Source of the DNA: Candidatus Nealsonbacteria bacterium DGGOD1a
Lineage (GTDB): Bacteria; Patescibacteriota; Minisyncoccia; Minisyncoccales; UBA5738
Length of the DNA stretch: 64,000 bases
NCBI GenBank assembly: GCA_022530585.1
Contig: CP092821.1
Span: 326,222-390,221, forward strand
Reading direction: 5' to 3'
The translations under genes were made by a program, and so were the position numbers. Of this stretch, positions 36,903 through 45,439 are shown one piece after another. Position 1 is the first letter of the stretch. Every line of letters starts with the position of its first letter. The notes under the pieces were generated by a model, which was given only the letters and a program-made list of their open reading frames with translations, searched no databases and had not been told where the DNA came from.

Positions 36903-38555
36903 ATGAAAACGAAAAAAAACAAGATAATCCGGAAGAAAAATGTCGGGACGAAAAAAACGCCGGTAATTATTGAGAAGCCGAAAATCACGGCGCAAAAACC
37001 GCTCGTAAAAATCGCGTCAAAACTGCGGTCGAAGGTGTTGAATATCAAGGCGGTGGAACAGGGGCATGCCGGAACAAAGGGAGGCGCTTCGATATCGGGC
37101 GACAGACGCCTTCGCAAAACTTTGGCAAGCCAAACCGCCGGCAAGACGATTGAGCCGGAGTTTGAAGTTAAAAAAACCAAGATCAGGATCATCGGCATCG
37201 GCGGCGGCGGCGGAAACATTGTTTCCGAAATTGCTGGCAAGGTGAAAAAATCGTCGTTTTATATCGCCAACACCGATTTCGCGGCGCTGCGCAACGCGCC
37301 CAAGAATGTGTCGGTTTTTCAGTTCGGCGAAAATTTTACCCATGGTCTGGGTACGGGAATGGACGCGCGGATCGCCGAAGAAGCGGCCAACACCGACCGC
37401 GAAAGCATCAAGAAGATGCTTGAAGGGCAGGACTTGGTGGTTATTGTTTCTTCGTTGGGCGGCGGCGCGGGTTCGGGCGCGGCGCCGGTGTTCGCGCAAA
37501 TATCGAAAAGTATGGGAAATCTCACATATGGCATATTCACCCTGCCGTTTGTTTTTGAGGGCGTCAAAAAAGACGAGATTGCCAAAACCGCGCTGGAAAA
37601 ATTGAAGCCTTATATGAACGCGATGACCATTCTGCCCAACGAACGGGTTTTCGAGGTGGTTCCAAAAAATACTCCTTTCAACAAAACGCTTTCCTACATT
37701 AACACGATGCTTTCCGACAGCCTTGAGGGGCTGATTGAAACAATCTACGATACCGGAGTGATCAATATCGATTTTGCCGATTTGCGGGCGATTCTTTCCG
37801 GCAACGGGAAGATGTCGTTTTTGAATACCGTAACATTTAAAAAAGGCGAAGAGGCGAATCTGGATGCGTTTGAAAAGGCTTTCGACTCGCCGCTTTATCC
37901 CTATATGATCGACAAGGCGCGCGGGCTTTTATTGAATATCGTCGCCCAGAATGATTTAAAATTGCTTGAAGTCAACCGGATATTGACCAGCGTGGCGAGC
38001 CGTATCCATAAAGATGCCAAGATAATTTTCGGGGTTGGCCACGAAGGCGCCAAGGCGGATTGGGTCAGGGTAACGGTGCTTGCGACCGGATGCGTCTACG
38101 GCGGCGCCGAAGATAACGCCAAAGAACCCGCTTTGGCCGCGGAAAAAATCAAAGAAGCGCCGGCCGCCGCGGCAAAGCCGGATCGAAAACCGGCGGAAAA
38201 GAAAAATCCGGCCGCGGCAAACAACGCGAAAATAATTTCACCCAAAAAGAACGGCGCGGTCAAACCGTTAAAACCGCGGAAAAAAATTGAAATTAAAAAA
38301 TCCGCGCCGGTGAAGATAAACGCCGCGGCGGCGGAAAAGAAAAATCCCCAAATCGCTCCCCGGGAGCGGCCCGCGGCGGCCGCGGAGGAAAACCATGAGG
38401 TTGGCCGGGGGCAAAGCGTTCCCGTCCAATTCGAGGCTCCGGTAAGGAAGAACGCGCTGCAGGTGAAGAAAGAGATCGAGATGGAAGAAAATGAGATGCT
38501 GGAAAAGGAAAAGGCGTGGGAGGTACCCGCTTTTTTGAGGAAACAGAAAAAATAA
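36903..38555 (+). CDS. ftsZ: Cell division GTPase FtsZ with long basic N-terminal and A/K/P-rich C-terminal extensions
   Basis: IIGIGGGGGN, GLGTGMDARIAEEAA, SSLGGGAGSGAAP tubulin signature, terminal VPAFLRKQKK peptide. Confidence 0.9.
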   Translation: MKTKKNKIIRKKNVGTKKTPVIIEKPKITAQKPLVKIASKLRSKVLNIKAVEQGHAGTKGGASISGDRRLRKTLASQTAGKTIEPEFEVKKTKIRIIGIGGGGGNIVSEIAGKVKKSSFYIANTDFAALRNAPKNVSVFQFGENFTHGLGTGMDARIAEEAANTDRESIKKMLEGQDLVVIVSSLGGGAGSGAAPVFAQISKSMGNLTYGIFTLPFVFEGVKKDEIAKTALEKLKPYMNAMTILPNERVFEVVPKNTPFNKTLSYINTMLSDSLEGLIETIYDTGVINIDFADLRAILSGNGKMSFLNTVTFKKGEEANLDAFEKAFDSPLYPYMIDKARGLLLNIVAQNDLKLLEVNRILTSVASRIHKDAKIIFGVGHEGAKADWVRVTVLATGCVYGGAEDNAKEPALAAEKIKEAPAAAAKPDRKPAEKKNPAAANNAKIISPKKNGAVKPLKPRKKIEIKKSAPVKINAAAAEKKNPQIAPRERPAAAAEENHEVGRGQSVPVQFEAPVRKNALQVKKEIEMEENEMLEKEKAWEVPAFLRKQKK

Positions 38556-38676
38556 AACTAAAAATTTCTAATTTTAAATTATTAATTTCTATTAAATTTA
38601 TAATTTTCAGTGATTGTTTTTTTGAAAATTGTTTCATTGAAAATTCAATGAAAATTGGAAATTATGAATTTGGATT

Positions 38677-39588
38677 ATGCACGATTTAATTATCATCGGG
38701 GCCGGACCGGCGGGAATGACCGCCGCGATTTATGCGGCGCGGCAAAAAACAAAATCGGTTTTGATTACGCGCGAATTCGGCGGCCAGATGGCAAAAAAAG
38801 AAGTGGCCATCGAGAATTATCCGGGTTTGGGGATCGTCACGGCGCCGGAATTGATTGCGAAATTTAGAGACCATCTGAAATTGCTGGGCGCCGAAATTAT
38901 GATCGCCGACGCGATTAAACTGGAAAAAACCGGAGCAGGGTTTTCTTTGGCCACCGAGCGCGAAAAACTTGAAGCGCGCGCGGTGATAATCGCCACCGGT
39001 TCGTCGCCGCGGATGCTGGATATTCCGGGCGAAAAAGAGTTTTTGGGCCGGGGCGTGGGTTATTGCGTCACCTGCGACGGGCCGCTGTTTTCCAAACGCG
39101 ATGTGGCGGTGGTTGGCGGCGGCAATTCGGCGTTTGAGGCGGCGCTGTTTTTGGCCAAATTCGCCAAGAAGATATTCATATTGGAGCGCGGCCCGGCGGT
39201 TTTCGCCGATGCGTCCAATCAAGAATCGGCCAAAAACACCGGCAAGGTTGAAATTGTCGCCAATGCGAAAATTTTGCGTATCGAAGGCGCGAATTTCGTG
39301 AAAAATATCGTTTATCGGGACGCCGCCGGCGCGGAAACAAGCTTGCCCGTGGAGGGGGTTTTTATAAAAGCGGGCAACCGGCCGGCATCTTCGTTTGCCG
39401 AGGGGCTGGTGGAGTTAAACGATCGCAACGAGATTAAATTCGATTCCAAAAGTTGCCAGACCAAAACTCCGGGATTGTTCGTTGCCGGCGATGTGAGCGA
39501 TGTGAAATACAAGCAAATCGTGGTGGCGGCGGGCGAAGGCGCCAAAGCGGCGATGGCGGCCGGGGAATTTTTGCGCACGCAAAAATAA
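38677..39588 (+). CDS. trxB: Thioredoxin-disulfide reductase
   Basis: IIGAGPAGMTAA, redox CVTCDG, VVGGGNSAFE. Confidence 0.9.
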   Translation: MHDLIIIGAGPAGMTAAIYAARQKTKSVLITREFGGQMAKKEVAIENYPGLGIVTAPELIAKFRDHLKLLGAEIMIADAIKLEKTGAGFSLATEREKLEARAVIIATGSSPRMLDIPGEKEFLGRGVGYCVTCDGPLFSKRDVAVVGGGNSAFEAALFLAKFAKKIFILERGPAVFADASNQESAKNTGKVEIVANAKILRIEGANFVKNIVYRDAAGAETSLPVEGVFIKAGNRPASSFAEGLVELNDRNEIKFDSKSCQTKTPGLFVAGDVSDVKYKQIVVAAGEGAKAAMAAGEFLRTQK

Positions 39589-39713
39589 TTTTCAATTTTC
39601 AAACCTCCAATTTTCAATAAATGTTTCAAATTCCAATGTTACAAACAAAACGCAAATCAGCATTCCGTTTGGTTCATTGAAACATTGAAAATTCATTGAA
39701 AATTGAAAATTGG
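39589..39713. repeat. AT-rich extended hairpin built from AATTTTCAA / TTGAAAATT motif arrays
   Basis: CCAATTTTCAAT (39607-39618) pairs with ATTGAAAATTGG (39702-39713). AATGTTTCAA pairs with TTGAAACATT. A direct copy of the right arm lies at 38620-38668. Confidence 0.75.
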
Positions 39714-39734
39714 TAATTAAAAATTTAAGTTTCT

Positions 39735-40979
39735 ATGTTTTCAAATCAAACCAAAATTAAATCGGTGAAGGCGCGCGAGATTCTTGATTCGCGCGGGAAT
39801 CCGACTCTCGAAGTCTGCGTTGCGAACGGCGCGGGCGTGTTTTGCGCGGGCGTCCCGTCGGGCGCGTCCACGGGCGTTTATGAAGCGGCGGAATTGCGCG
39901 ACGGGGATTTGGCCCGCTACGGCGGAAAAGGCGTTTTAAAAGCGGTTGCCAATGTTAATTCAATCATCAATCCGGAATTGATCGGCATGGATTGCCGCCG
40001 GCAACAGGAAATCGATCAAAAAATGCGGGAGATTGACGCCACGCCGAACAAGGTTCGTTTGGGCGCCAACGCGATGTGCGGAGTGTCGCTGGCGATCGCG
40101 CGCGCCGCGGCGGGAAGCCAAAAAACGCCGCTCTATCGCTATGTCGCCAAGCTGGCAAAAAACAAAAATGTCGCTTTGCCCAAGCCGTGTTTCAATGTGA
40201 TCAACGGCGGGGCGCACGCGGGCGGCGATCTGGATTTTCAGGAATTTATGATCGTGCCGCAAGCCGGAAAATTTATCGATAACCTGCGGATTGCCAGCGA
40301 GGTTTATCATCAATTGAAAAAAGACCTTGTCGCCAAATACGGCAAATCAAGCGCGAATCTGGGTGATGAGGGCGGGTTCGCGCCGCCGCTGAACGCGCCC
40401 AAAGAGGCGCTGGATTGTTTGTGCGCGGCGATTGCGATCGTTCAGCCGCCGGTGCCGGTGAAATTCATTATCGATGTCGCGTCGAGCCAATTTTTCAATT
40501 CCGGAAAATACAATACGCGGATGGGGAGTTTTGACGGCGCCAATTTGGCCGGTTTCTACGCGCGATTAATATCGCAGTATCCGCAAATCATCGGACTGGA
40601 GGACCCGTTCGCGGAGGATGATTGGGCGGGATGGCAGAGATTTTCATTCACGGGAATGGTGATTGGCGATGATTTGTTGGTGACCAATCCGCAAAGAATG
40701 AAAGAGGCCAAAGAGAAAAAGGCGTGCAACGCGATGATCTTGAAAATAAACCAGATCGGCACGGTGAGCGAAGCGCTGGAAGCCGCGGCGCTGGCGAAAA
40801 ACTACGGCTGGAAGATGATCGTTTCCCATCGGAGCGGCGAAACCAACGATGATTTTATCGCGGATTTCGCGGTCGGCATTGGCGCGGATTTTATCAAAAC
40901 CGGCGCGCCGGCCCGCGGCGAGCGGCTGGCCAAATATAACCGCCTGGCCAAGATCGAAGAAGAAATAAATGAAAAATAA
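39735..40979 (+). CDS. eno: Enolase
   Basis: AREILDSRGNPTLEV, SHRSGETND, KTGAPARGERLAKYN. Confidence 0.9.
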   Translation: MFSNQTKIKSVKAREILDSRGNPTLEVCVANGAGVFCAGVPSGASTGVYEAAELRDGDLARYGGKGVLKAVANVNSIINPELIGMDCRRQQEIDQKMREIDATPNKVRLGANAMCGVSLAIARAAAGSQKTPLYRYVAKLAKNKNVALPKPCFNVINGGAHAGGDLDFQEFMIVPQAGKFIDNLRIASEVYHQLKKDLVAKYGKSSANLGDEGGFAPPLNAPKEALDCLCAAIAIVQPPVPVKFIIDVASSQFFNSGKYNTRMGSFDGANLAGFYARLISQYPQIIGLEDPFAEDDWAGWQRFSFTGMVIGDDLLVTNPQRMKEAKEKKACNAMILKINQIGTVSEALEAAALAKNYGWKMIVSHRSGETNDDFIADFAVGIGADFIKTGAPARGERLAKYNRLAKIEEEINEK

Positions 40980-41961
40980 TTTTGAGCGGGGCGAGATCGC
41001 GATCTATAAATCGCCGGACAATCAAATAGAACTGAAAATAAAATTACGGCAGGAAACCGTTTGGTTATCTCAAGCGCAAATTGCGTCGCTTTTTGGAATA
41101 CAGCGACCGGCGATTACAAAACATCTTAATAATATCTTTAGAACGGGCGAATTAAAGGAAAAATCAGTATGTTCCATTTTGGAACATACTGCCGCGGACG
41201 GGAAAAAGTACAAAACCGCTTTTTATAATCTTGATGCGGTAATTTCGGTTGGGTATCGCGTTAATTCAAAGCGGGCGACTCAATTCCGCGTTTGGGCCAC
41301 AAAAACACTGAAGAGTTATTTAATACAAGGATACATGATTAATGAAAAGCGGCTGTCGGAAGTCAAAGAAAAATTTGAACAATTGTCAAACACGGTTGCT
41401 TTTCTCCGCGAAAAATCAAAAAAAGAATTATTAATCGGCGAGGCGGACAAAATTTTGAATTTGCTGGCTGATTACGCGAAGACTCTGACTATTCTTGACG
41501 AATATGACCGCGGGAAAATCAAACAAATCAAGGGAAAACGAGGCGAATTTACGCTAACTTACGAATTAAGCTTGAATATTATCGTCCAGATTAAACAAGA
41601 ATTAACGGCAAAAAAAGAGATTGGCGGCTTGTTTGGCGCCCAAAGAGAACATTACTTCGAAGGGATTATAAAAGGAATTTACCAAAGCTTCGGCGGCAAT
41701 GAATTATATCCGGAATTGGAAATAAAAGCCGCGAATTTGCTTTATATGGTCATAAAAGACCATCCGTTTTCCGACGGCAATAAGCGTATCGCTTCGTTCC
41801 TGTTTGTTTATTTTCTGGATAAAAATAACGCGCTTTACCGCCAAACCGGCGAGAAAAAAATTAATGACAACGCGCTGGCCGCCTTGGCATTATTGATTGC
41901 CGAAAGCAATACCAAAGAAAAAGACCAAATGATCGCCTTAATCACGCAGTTGATCAAATAA
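40969..41961 (+). CDS. RhuM-family N-terminal domain fused to Fic/DOC domain
   Basis: RhuM-like AVISVGYRVNSKRATQFRVWATKTL. Fic motif HPFSDGNKRIASFLF. Overlaps the eno stop by 11 nt. Lower GC than its neighbours. Confidence 0.8.
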   Translation: MKNNFERGEIAIYKSPDNQIELKIKLRQETVWLSQAQIASLFGIQRPAITKHLNNIFRTGELKEKSVCSILEHTAADGKKYKTAFYNLDAVISVGYRVNSKRATQFRVWATKTLKSYLIQGYMINEKRLSEVKEKFEQLSNTVAFLREKSKKELLIGEADKILNLLADYAKTLTILDEYDRGKIKQIKGKRGEFTLTYELSLNIIVQIKQELTAKKEIGGLFGAQREHYFEGIIKGIYQSFGGNELYPELEIKAANLLYMVIKDHPFSDGNKRIASFLFVYFLDKNNALYRQTGEKKINDNALAALALLIAESNTKEKDQMIALITQLIK

Positions 41962-41973
41962 TGTTAAAATAAC

Positions 41974-42051
41974 TTCAGCGCGCCGGCGCGGGGCGAGCGG
42001 CTGGCAAAATACAACCGTTTGGCAAAAATAGACGCGGAATTGGCAATATAA
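41974..42051 (+). pseudogene. Relic 3' end of an enolase gene
   Basis: Translates to ..SAPARGERLAKYNRLAKIDAELAI*. 17 of 18 aligned codons encode the same residues as eno 40905-40958, with 10 nt differences (9 synonymous). Confidence 0.8.
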
Positions 42052-42059
42052 CTATTTTC

Positions 42060-42368
42060 ATGCAATCAATCAACAAATCAATTATCTCACTATCAATACT
42101 TGGGCTTATAATTACCGGGCCGGTTTTTGCTTGCGTGACCGTTGGCGCGGATCAGGAAAAATCTTTATTGAGTACTTTATTGGGGATAGTGGCTTTTATT
42201 TTGTACGCGGCCCTTCTGTTTTCCGGGCCGATTTTCTATTCTTTGTATGTTAAGCGCGGCGGGACGAAAAGGTGGTTGATAACATTGTGGGGATGGTCGT
42301 TTATAATGATAATTTTGGCAATGTTGATTAAGGGAATATTCAGTTTAATGCTTTGCGCCTCGATTTAG
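42060..42368 (+). CDS. Hypothetical small membrane protein
   Basis: 102 aa, 3 hydrophobic helices. Confidence 0.5.
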   Translation: MQSINKSIISLSILGLIITGPVFACVTVGADQEKSLLSTLLGIVAFILYAALLFSGPIFYSLYVKRGGTKRWLITLWGWSFIMIILAMLIKGIFSLMLCASI

Positions 42369-42381
42369 TCAAATTAGATTT

Positions 42382-43341
42382 ATGAAAATGTTCCAATTAA
42401 AATTATTATTTTTGGGTTTGCTGTTCATGGGAACGGTAAACGCGCAAGAGAATATTTCGATATCCATGGCCGAGCGTAGCTTGGCTACCCCAATAATTTC
42501 GATTGCCAATATAATAGTTACTATTTTGATTTTGGCGGCGTTGCCCGGGCTTGTTTTGCCGATGATTGAATATTTCAAGCTCGCTCTGAAAAAATCCGTA
42601 TACAAAATTGTTTTTTTGCGGCACGGAGAATCAATATGGAACAAGGAAAACCGGTTTACCGGCTGGGTTGATGTTGGATTGTCGGAGAGGGGCGTTTGGG
42701 AGGCAAGCGAAGCGGGAAAAATTCTCAAAAACGAGGGATATGTTTTTGATTTGGCCCATACTTCGGTTTTGAAGCGCGCCGCCGACACCACCGCGATTGT
42801 TTTGGAACAAATGGGGTTGCGAAACATTGAAACAAAGTTCGCGTGGGAGTTAAACGAGCGCCATTATGGCGGCTTGCAAGGATTGAACAAGGCCGAAATG
42901 GCGCGAAAGTACGGCGAGGAGCAAGTGCGTATCTGGCGCCGGAGTTTTTCCGTGCGGCCTCCGGAAATGGACGAAACGGATTATCGAAAGCAAAACGATT
43001 TGGAGATTTTTAAAGCCGTGCCGATCTATCAAATGCCCCGGACCGAGTCGCTGGCCGACACTTGCGCGCGCGCGGTTGGTTATTGGCAAAAAGAAATCGC
43101 GCCGGCGATAAAGGGCGGGAAAAATGTTTTAATTTCGGCGCATGGCAACAGCTTGCGCGCGATCATCAAACATTTGGACAACATTGGCGACAAGGAAATT
43201 TCGGAGTTAAACATTCCCACGGGCGCGCCGCTGGTCTATGAGCTGGACGATGATTTAAAACCGATAAAACATTATTATTTGGGCGATCAAAAAGAAATCG
43301 CGCGAAAAATCGCCGCGGTCAAAAACCAATACAAAACATAA
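42382..43341 (+). CDS. gpmA: 2,3-bisphosphoglycerate-dependent phosphoglycerate mutase (true start may be ATG 42562)
   Basis: KIVFLRHGESIWNKENRFTGW, SAHGNSLRA. The first 60 codons are hydrophobic and atypical for GpmA. Confidence 0.85.
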   Translation: MKMFQLKLLFLGLLFMGTVNAQENISISMAERSLATPIISIANIIVTILILAALPGLVLPMIEYFKLALKKSVYKIVFLRHGESIWNKENRFTGWVDVGLSERGVWEASEAGKILKNEGYVFDLAHTSVLKRAADTTAIVLEQMGLRNIETKFAWELNERHYGGLQGLNKAEMARKYGEEQVRIWRRSFSVRPPEMDETDYRKQNDLEIFKAVPIYQMPRTESLADTCARAVGYWQKEIAPAIKGGKNVLISAHGNSLRAIIKHLDNIGDKEISELNIPTGAPLVYELDDDLKPIKHYYLGDQKEIARKIAAVKNQYKT

Positions 43342-43345
43342 ATAT

Positions 43346-43508
43346 CTTTGAATCGCGAAACGCTTTGCATTTGGGGTCTATCCCTTGCGTTTGTCCCGAG
43401 GCTTTCGCGAGGGATAATCGCAAGGGTTAGACCCCTTCAAATCATTTGCATTTAACGGTTTTAGAGTAGGTATCGTCTGGCCTGGGAGTAAAGTTTCGCA
43501 ATTCAAAG
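43346..43508. repeat. Nested palindromic intergenic element, family A, copy 2
   Basis: TIRs CTTTGAATCGCGAAAC (43346-43361) and GTTTCGCAATTCAAAG (43493-43508). The core matches 1275-1401 and carries an extra ~35-nt insert. Confidence 0.85.
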
Positions 43509-43542
43509 TATAAAGACAGAAATAAAAATCGGCGTTTAGTTT

Positions 43543-43574
43543 ACATTCTCACATTCTCAAGAATGTGAGAATGT
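43543..43574. promoter_or_regulatory. Perfect 15-bp-arm palindrome upstream of the radical SAM gene
   Basis: ACATTCTCACATTCT-CA-AGAATGTGAGAATGT. Could be an operator or a hairpin. Confidence 0.4.
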
Positions 43575-43666
43575 CCGTAATCGCGTCAGGGATAAAAATC
43601 GCGAAGGTATGGCTTTTGCAAAATGCTAGCGCCGGATATCGCGCCCATTGTCAGTATATCAATAAA

Positions 43667-44752
43667 ATGGCTAATATTTTTAAGATCGGAAAATTGAGGT
43701 TGTGGCAGGAGTATTGCAAGCGGGAGACCGTCGAGCATAAACTGACCTATTTGTTTTGGGAGTGCACTTTGCGGTGCAATTTGAGATGCCGGCATTGCGG
43801 CAGTTCTTGCGGCGATGTGGTGCCGCCGGGTGAATTAACGACCGAGGAGATCAAGAAAGCTTTTGGCGATATCGCCAAGAATTTTGACGCGAAAAAGATT
43901 ATGGTGGCCGTGACCGGCGGCGAAGCGCTTTTGCGGCCCGATCTTTTTGAGGTGATGAAATACGCCAACGGACTGGGTTTTCCATGGGGTATGGTGACCA
44001 ACGGCACATTGATTACTCCGGAAATCGTTGAAAAAATGAAAGACGCGGGAATGTCATCGGTATCGGTGAGTTTGGACGGTTTGGAGGCCAACCATACATG
44101 GCAAAGGGTTGGCATTGACACTTTCAAGCGCGCCACCGCGGGAATCAGGATGCTGGCGGCGGCAAAATTTCCGATCGTGGAGGCGATTACTTGCGTAAAC
44201 AAGCGCAATATCAAAGAGCTTGATCAGATTTGCGCGCTTTGCAAGGAATTGGGCGTTACCAATTGGCGAATGTTTTCTATCAGTCCGGTCGGCCGCGCCA
44301 AAGAATGCGCCGAAATGTTTCTGGACGCCAAGGAATGGGAATATCTGCTTGATTATATCGCCCGAAAACGAAAAGTCGAGAAAAAATTGAAGGTCAGTTT
44401 TTGCGAAGAGGGATTTTTCGGCCCGGAATTGGAAGGTACAATGCGCGACCAGTTTTTCTTTTGCTGGGCGGGTATTAAAGTTGGCAGTATTTTGTATAAT
44501 GGAGATATTGGCGCGTGTCCGATATTGCCGCGCGGACAAACCAAGCAGGGAAATATCCGCACTGACGATTTTGCCAAGGTTTGGAACCAGAAATTCCAGC
44601 TTTTCCGCGATCGCGACTGGCGCAAAACCGGCAAATGCGAAAATTGCGTCTGGTGGGATTTTTGCCAAGGAAACAGCCTGCACTTATGGGATTTCAACCA
44701 AAAAAAGCTGAACCTGTGCCATATGGAGATGTTTGGCAAGAAAAAATTATGA
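43667..44752 (+). CDS. Radical SAM / SPASM-domain enzyme
   Basis: CNLRCRHC (CxxxCxxC) cluster motif and C-terminal Cys-rich SPASM region (CWAG..GACP..CENCVWWDFCQG). Start set at MANIFKIG. Confidence 0.8.
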   Translation: MANIFKIGKLRLWQEYCKRETVEHKLTYLFWECTLRCNLRCRHCGSSCGDVVPPGELTTEEIKKAFGDIAKNFDAKKIMVAVTGGEALLRPDLFEVMKYANGLGFPWGMVTNGTLITPEIVEKMKDAGMSSVSVSLDGLEANHTWQRVGIDTFKRATAGIRMLAAAKFPIVEAITCVNKRNIKELDQICALCKELGVTNWRMFSISPVGRAKECAEMFLDAKEWEYLLDYIARKRKVEKKLKVSFCEEGFFGPELEGTMRDQFFFCWAGIKVGSILYNGDIGACPILPRGQTKQGNIRTDDFAKVWNQKFQLFRDRDWRKTGKCENCVWWDFCQGNSLHLWDFNQKKLNLCHMEMFGKKKL

Positions 44753-45075
44753 AACCATTTTACAAAATAAAATATTTATTTTTTCGCCTGACGAGTTTTT
44801 TGCTTCTATCATTGTTTTTTGGCAAAGCAAAGGCGCAAGACTCTTCGTTGTATGGTGTATGGGTACCCCCTCCATCGCCGGCAGAAAGGATTCATGAAAT
44901 TACTAATTATTTGGCTGGTATCGCGATAATTGCGATGTTAATTGTTATTCCAATTCTTGGTTTTAGATGGTTGGTTTTGAAAAAACAGGTAAATAAAAAG
45001 TTGCTTTGCGCTTTGGCGATAATAATTTTTATTATTCTTGAGAAAATTTTGTTTTTTTTCGTGACAAACCCGTAA
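44749..45075 (+). CDS. Hypothetical small secreted/membrane protein
   Basis: ATGA overlap with the radical SAM stop. Signal peptide (..FFGKAKAQ) plus 2 TM helices. Confidence 0.5.
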   Translation: MKPFYKIKYLFFRLTSFLLLSLFFGKAKAQDSSLYGVWVPPPSPAERIHEITNYLAGIAIIAMLIVIPILGFRWLVLKKQVNKKLLCALAIIIFIILEKILFFFVTNP

Positions 45076-45223
45076 AACTAGTTTGATTTGTTCCAATTTC
45101 GCTTTCTTAAAAGTTGGTGAATGTCAAAACAATGAAGTTGATTATAGATGTGGCCATAACTAATGGGGGGTTGCGTAAATAAATTAATTTGGTAAACTTA
45201 ATGGTATTAAATAACAAAATAAT

Positions 45224-45406
45224 ATGGCAAAATATCAAGTGAACAAAGATAAATGTTTGGGATGCTTTATTTGCACCGTGAACTGTCCGGCCGGGATGGC
45301 GCAAGACGATGACGCCAAAGCCAAGGTGGTGGATTCCGACGCGGTGGAAACTTGCGGCGGCGAGAGCGTTTGCCCGCACGGCGTGATCGAAAAAACGGAA
45401 GAGTAA
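45224..45406 (+). CDS. Small 4Fe-4S ferredoxin
   Basis: CLGCFICTVNCP plus distal C..CP; 60 aa. Confidence 0.8.
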   Translation: MAKYQVNKDKCLGCFICTVNCPAGMAQDDDAKAKVVDSDAVETCGGESVCPHGVIEKTEE

Positions 45407-45419
45407 AAAATCTTTAACG

Positions 45420-45439
45420 GCGCCCGAAAGGGCGCTTTT
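45420..45439 (+). terminator. Intrinsic terminator after ferredoxin
   Basis: GCGCCC-GAAA-GGGCGCTTTT. Confidence 0.75.

Noticed and set aside
42382-42561. Signal-peptide/TM-like 60-aa N-terminal extension on GpmA as a novel secreted glycolytic enzyme
   Set aside because: A mis-called start is more likely. An in-frame ATG at 42562 gives a canonical GpmA N-terminus (..KIVFLRHGES). The upstream hydrophobic codons may be a read-through of a small membrane ORF or non-coding sequence.
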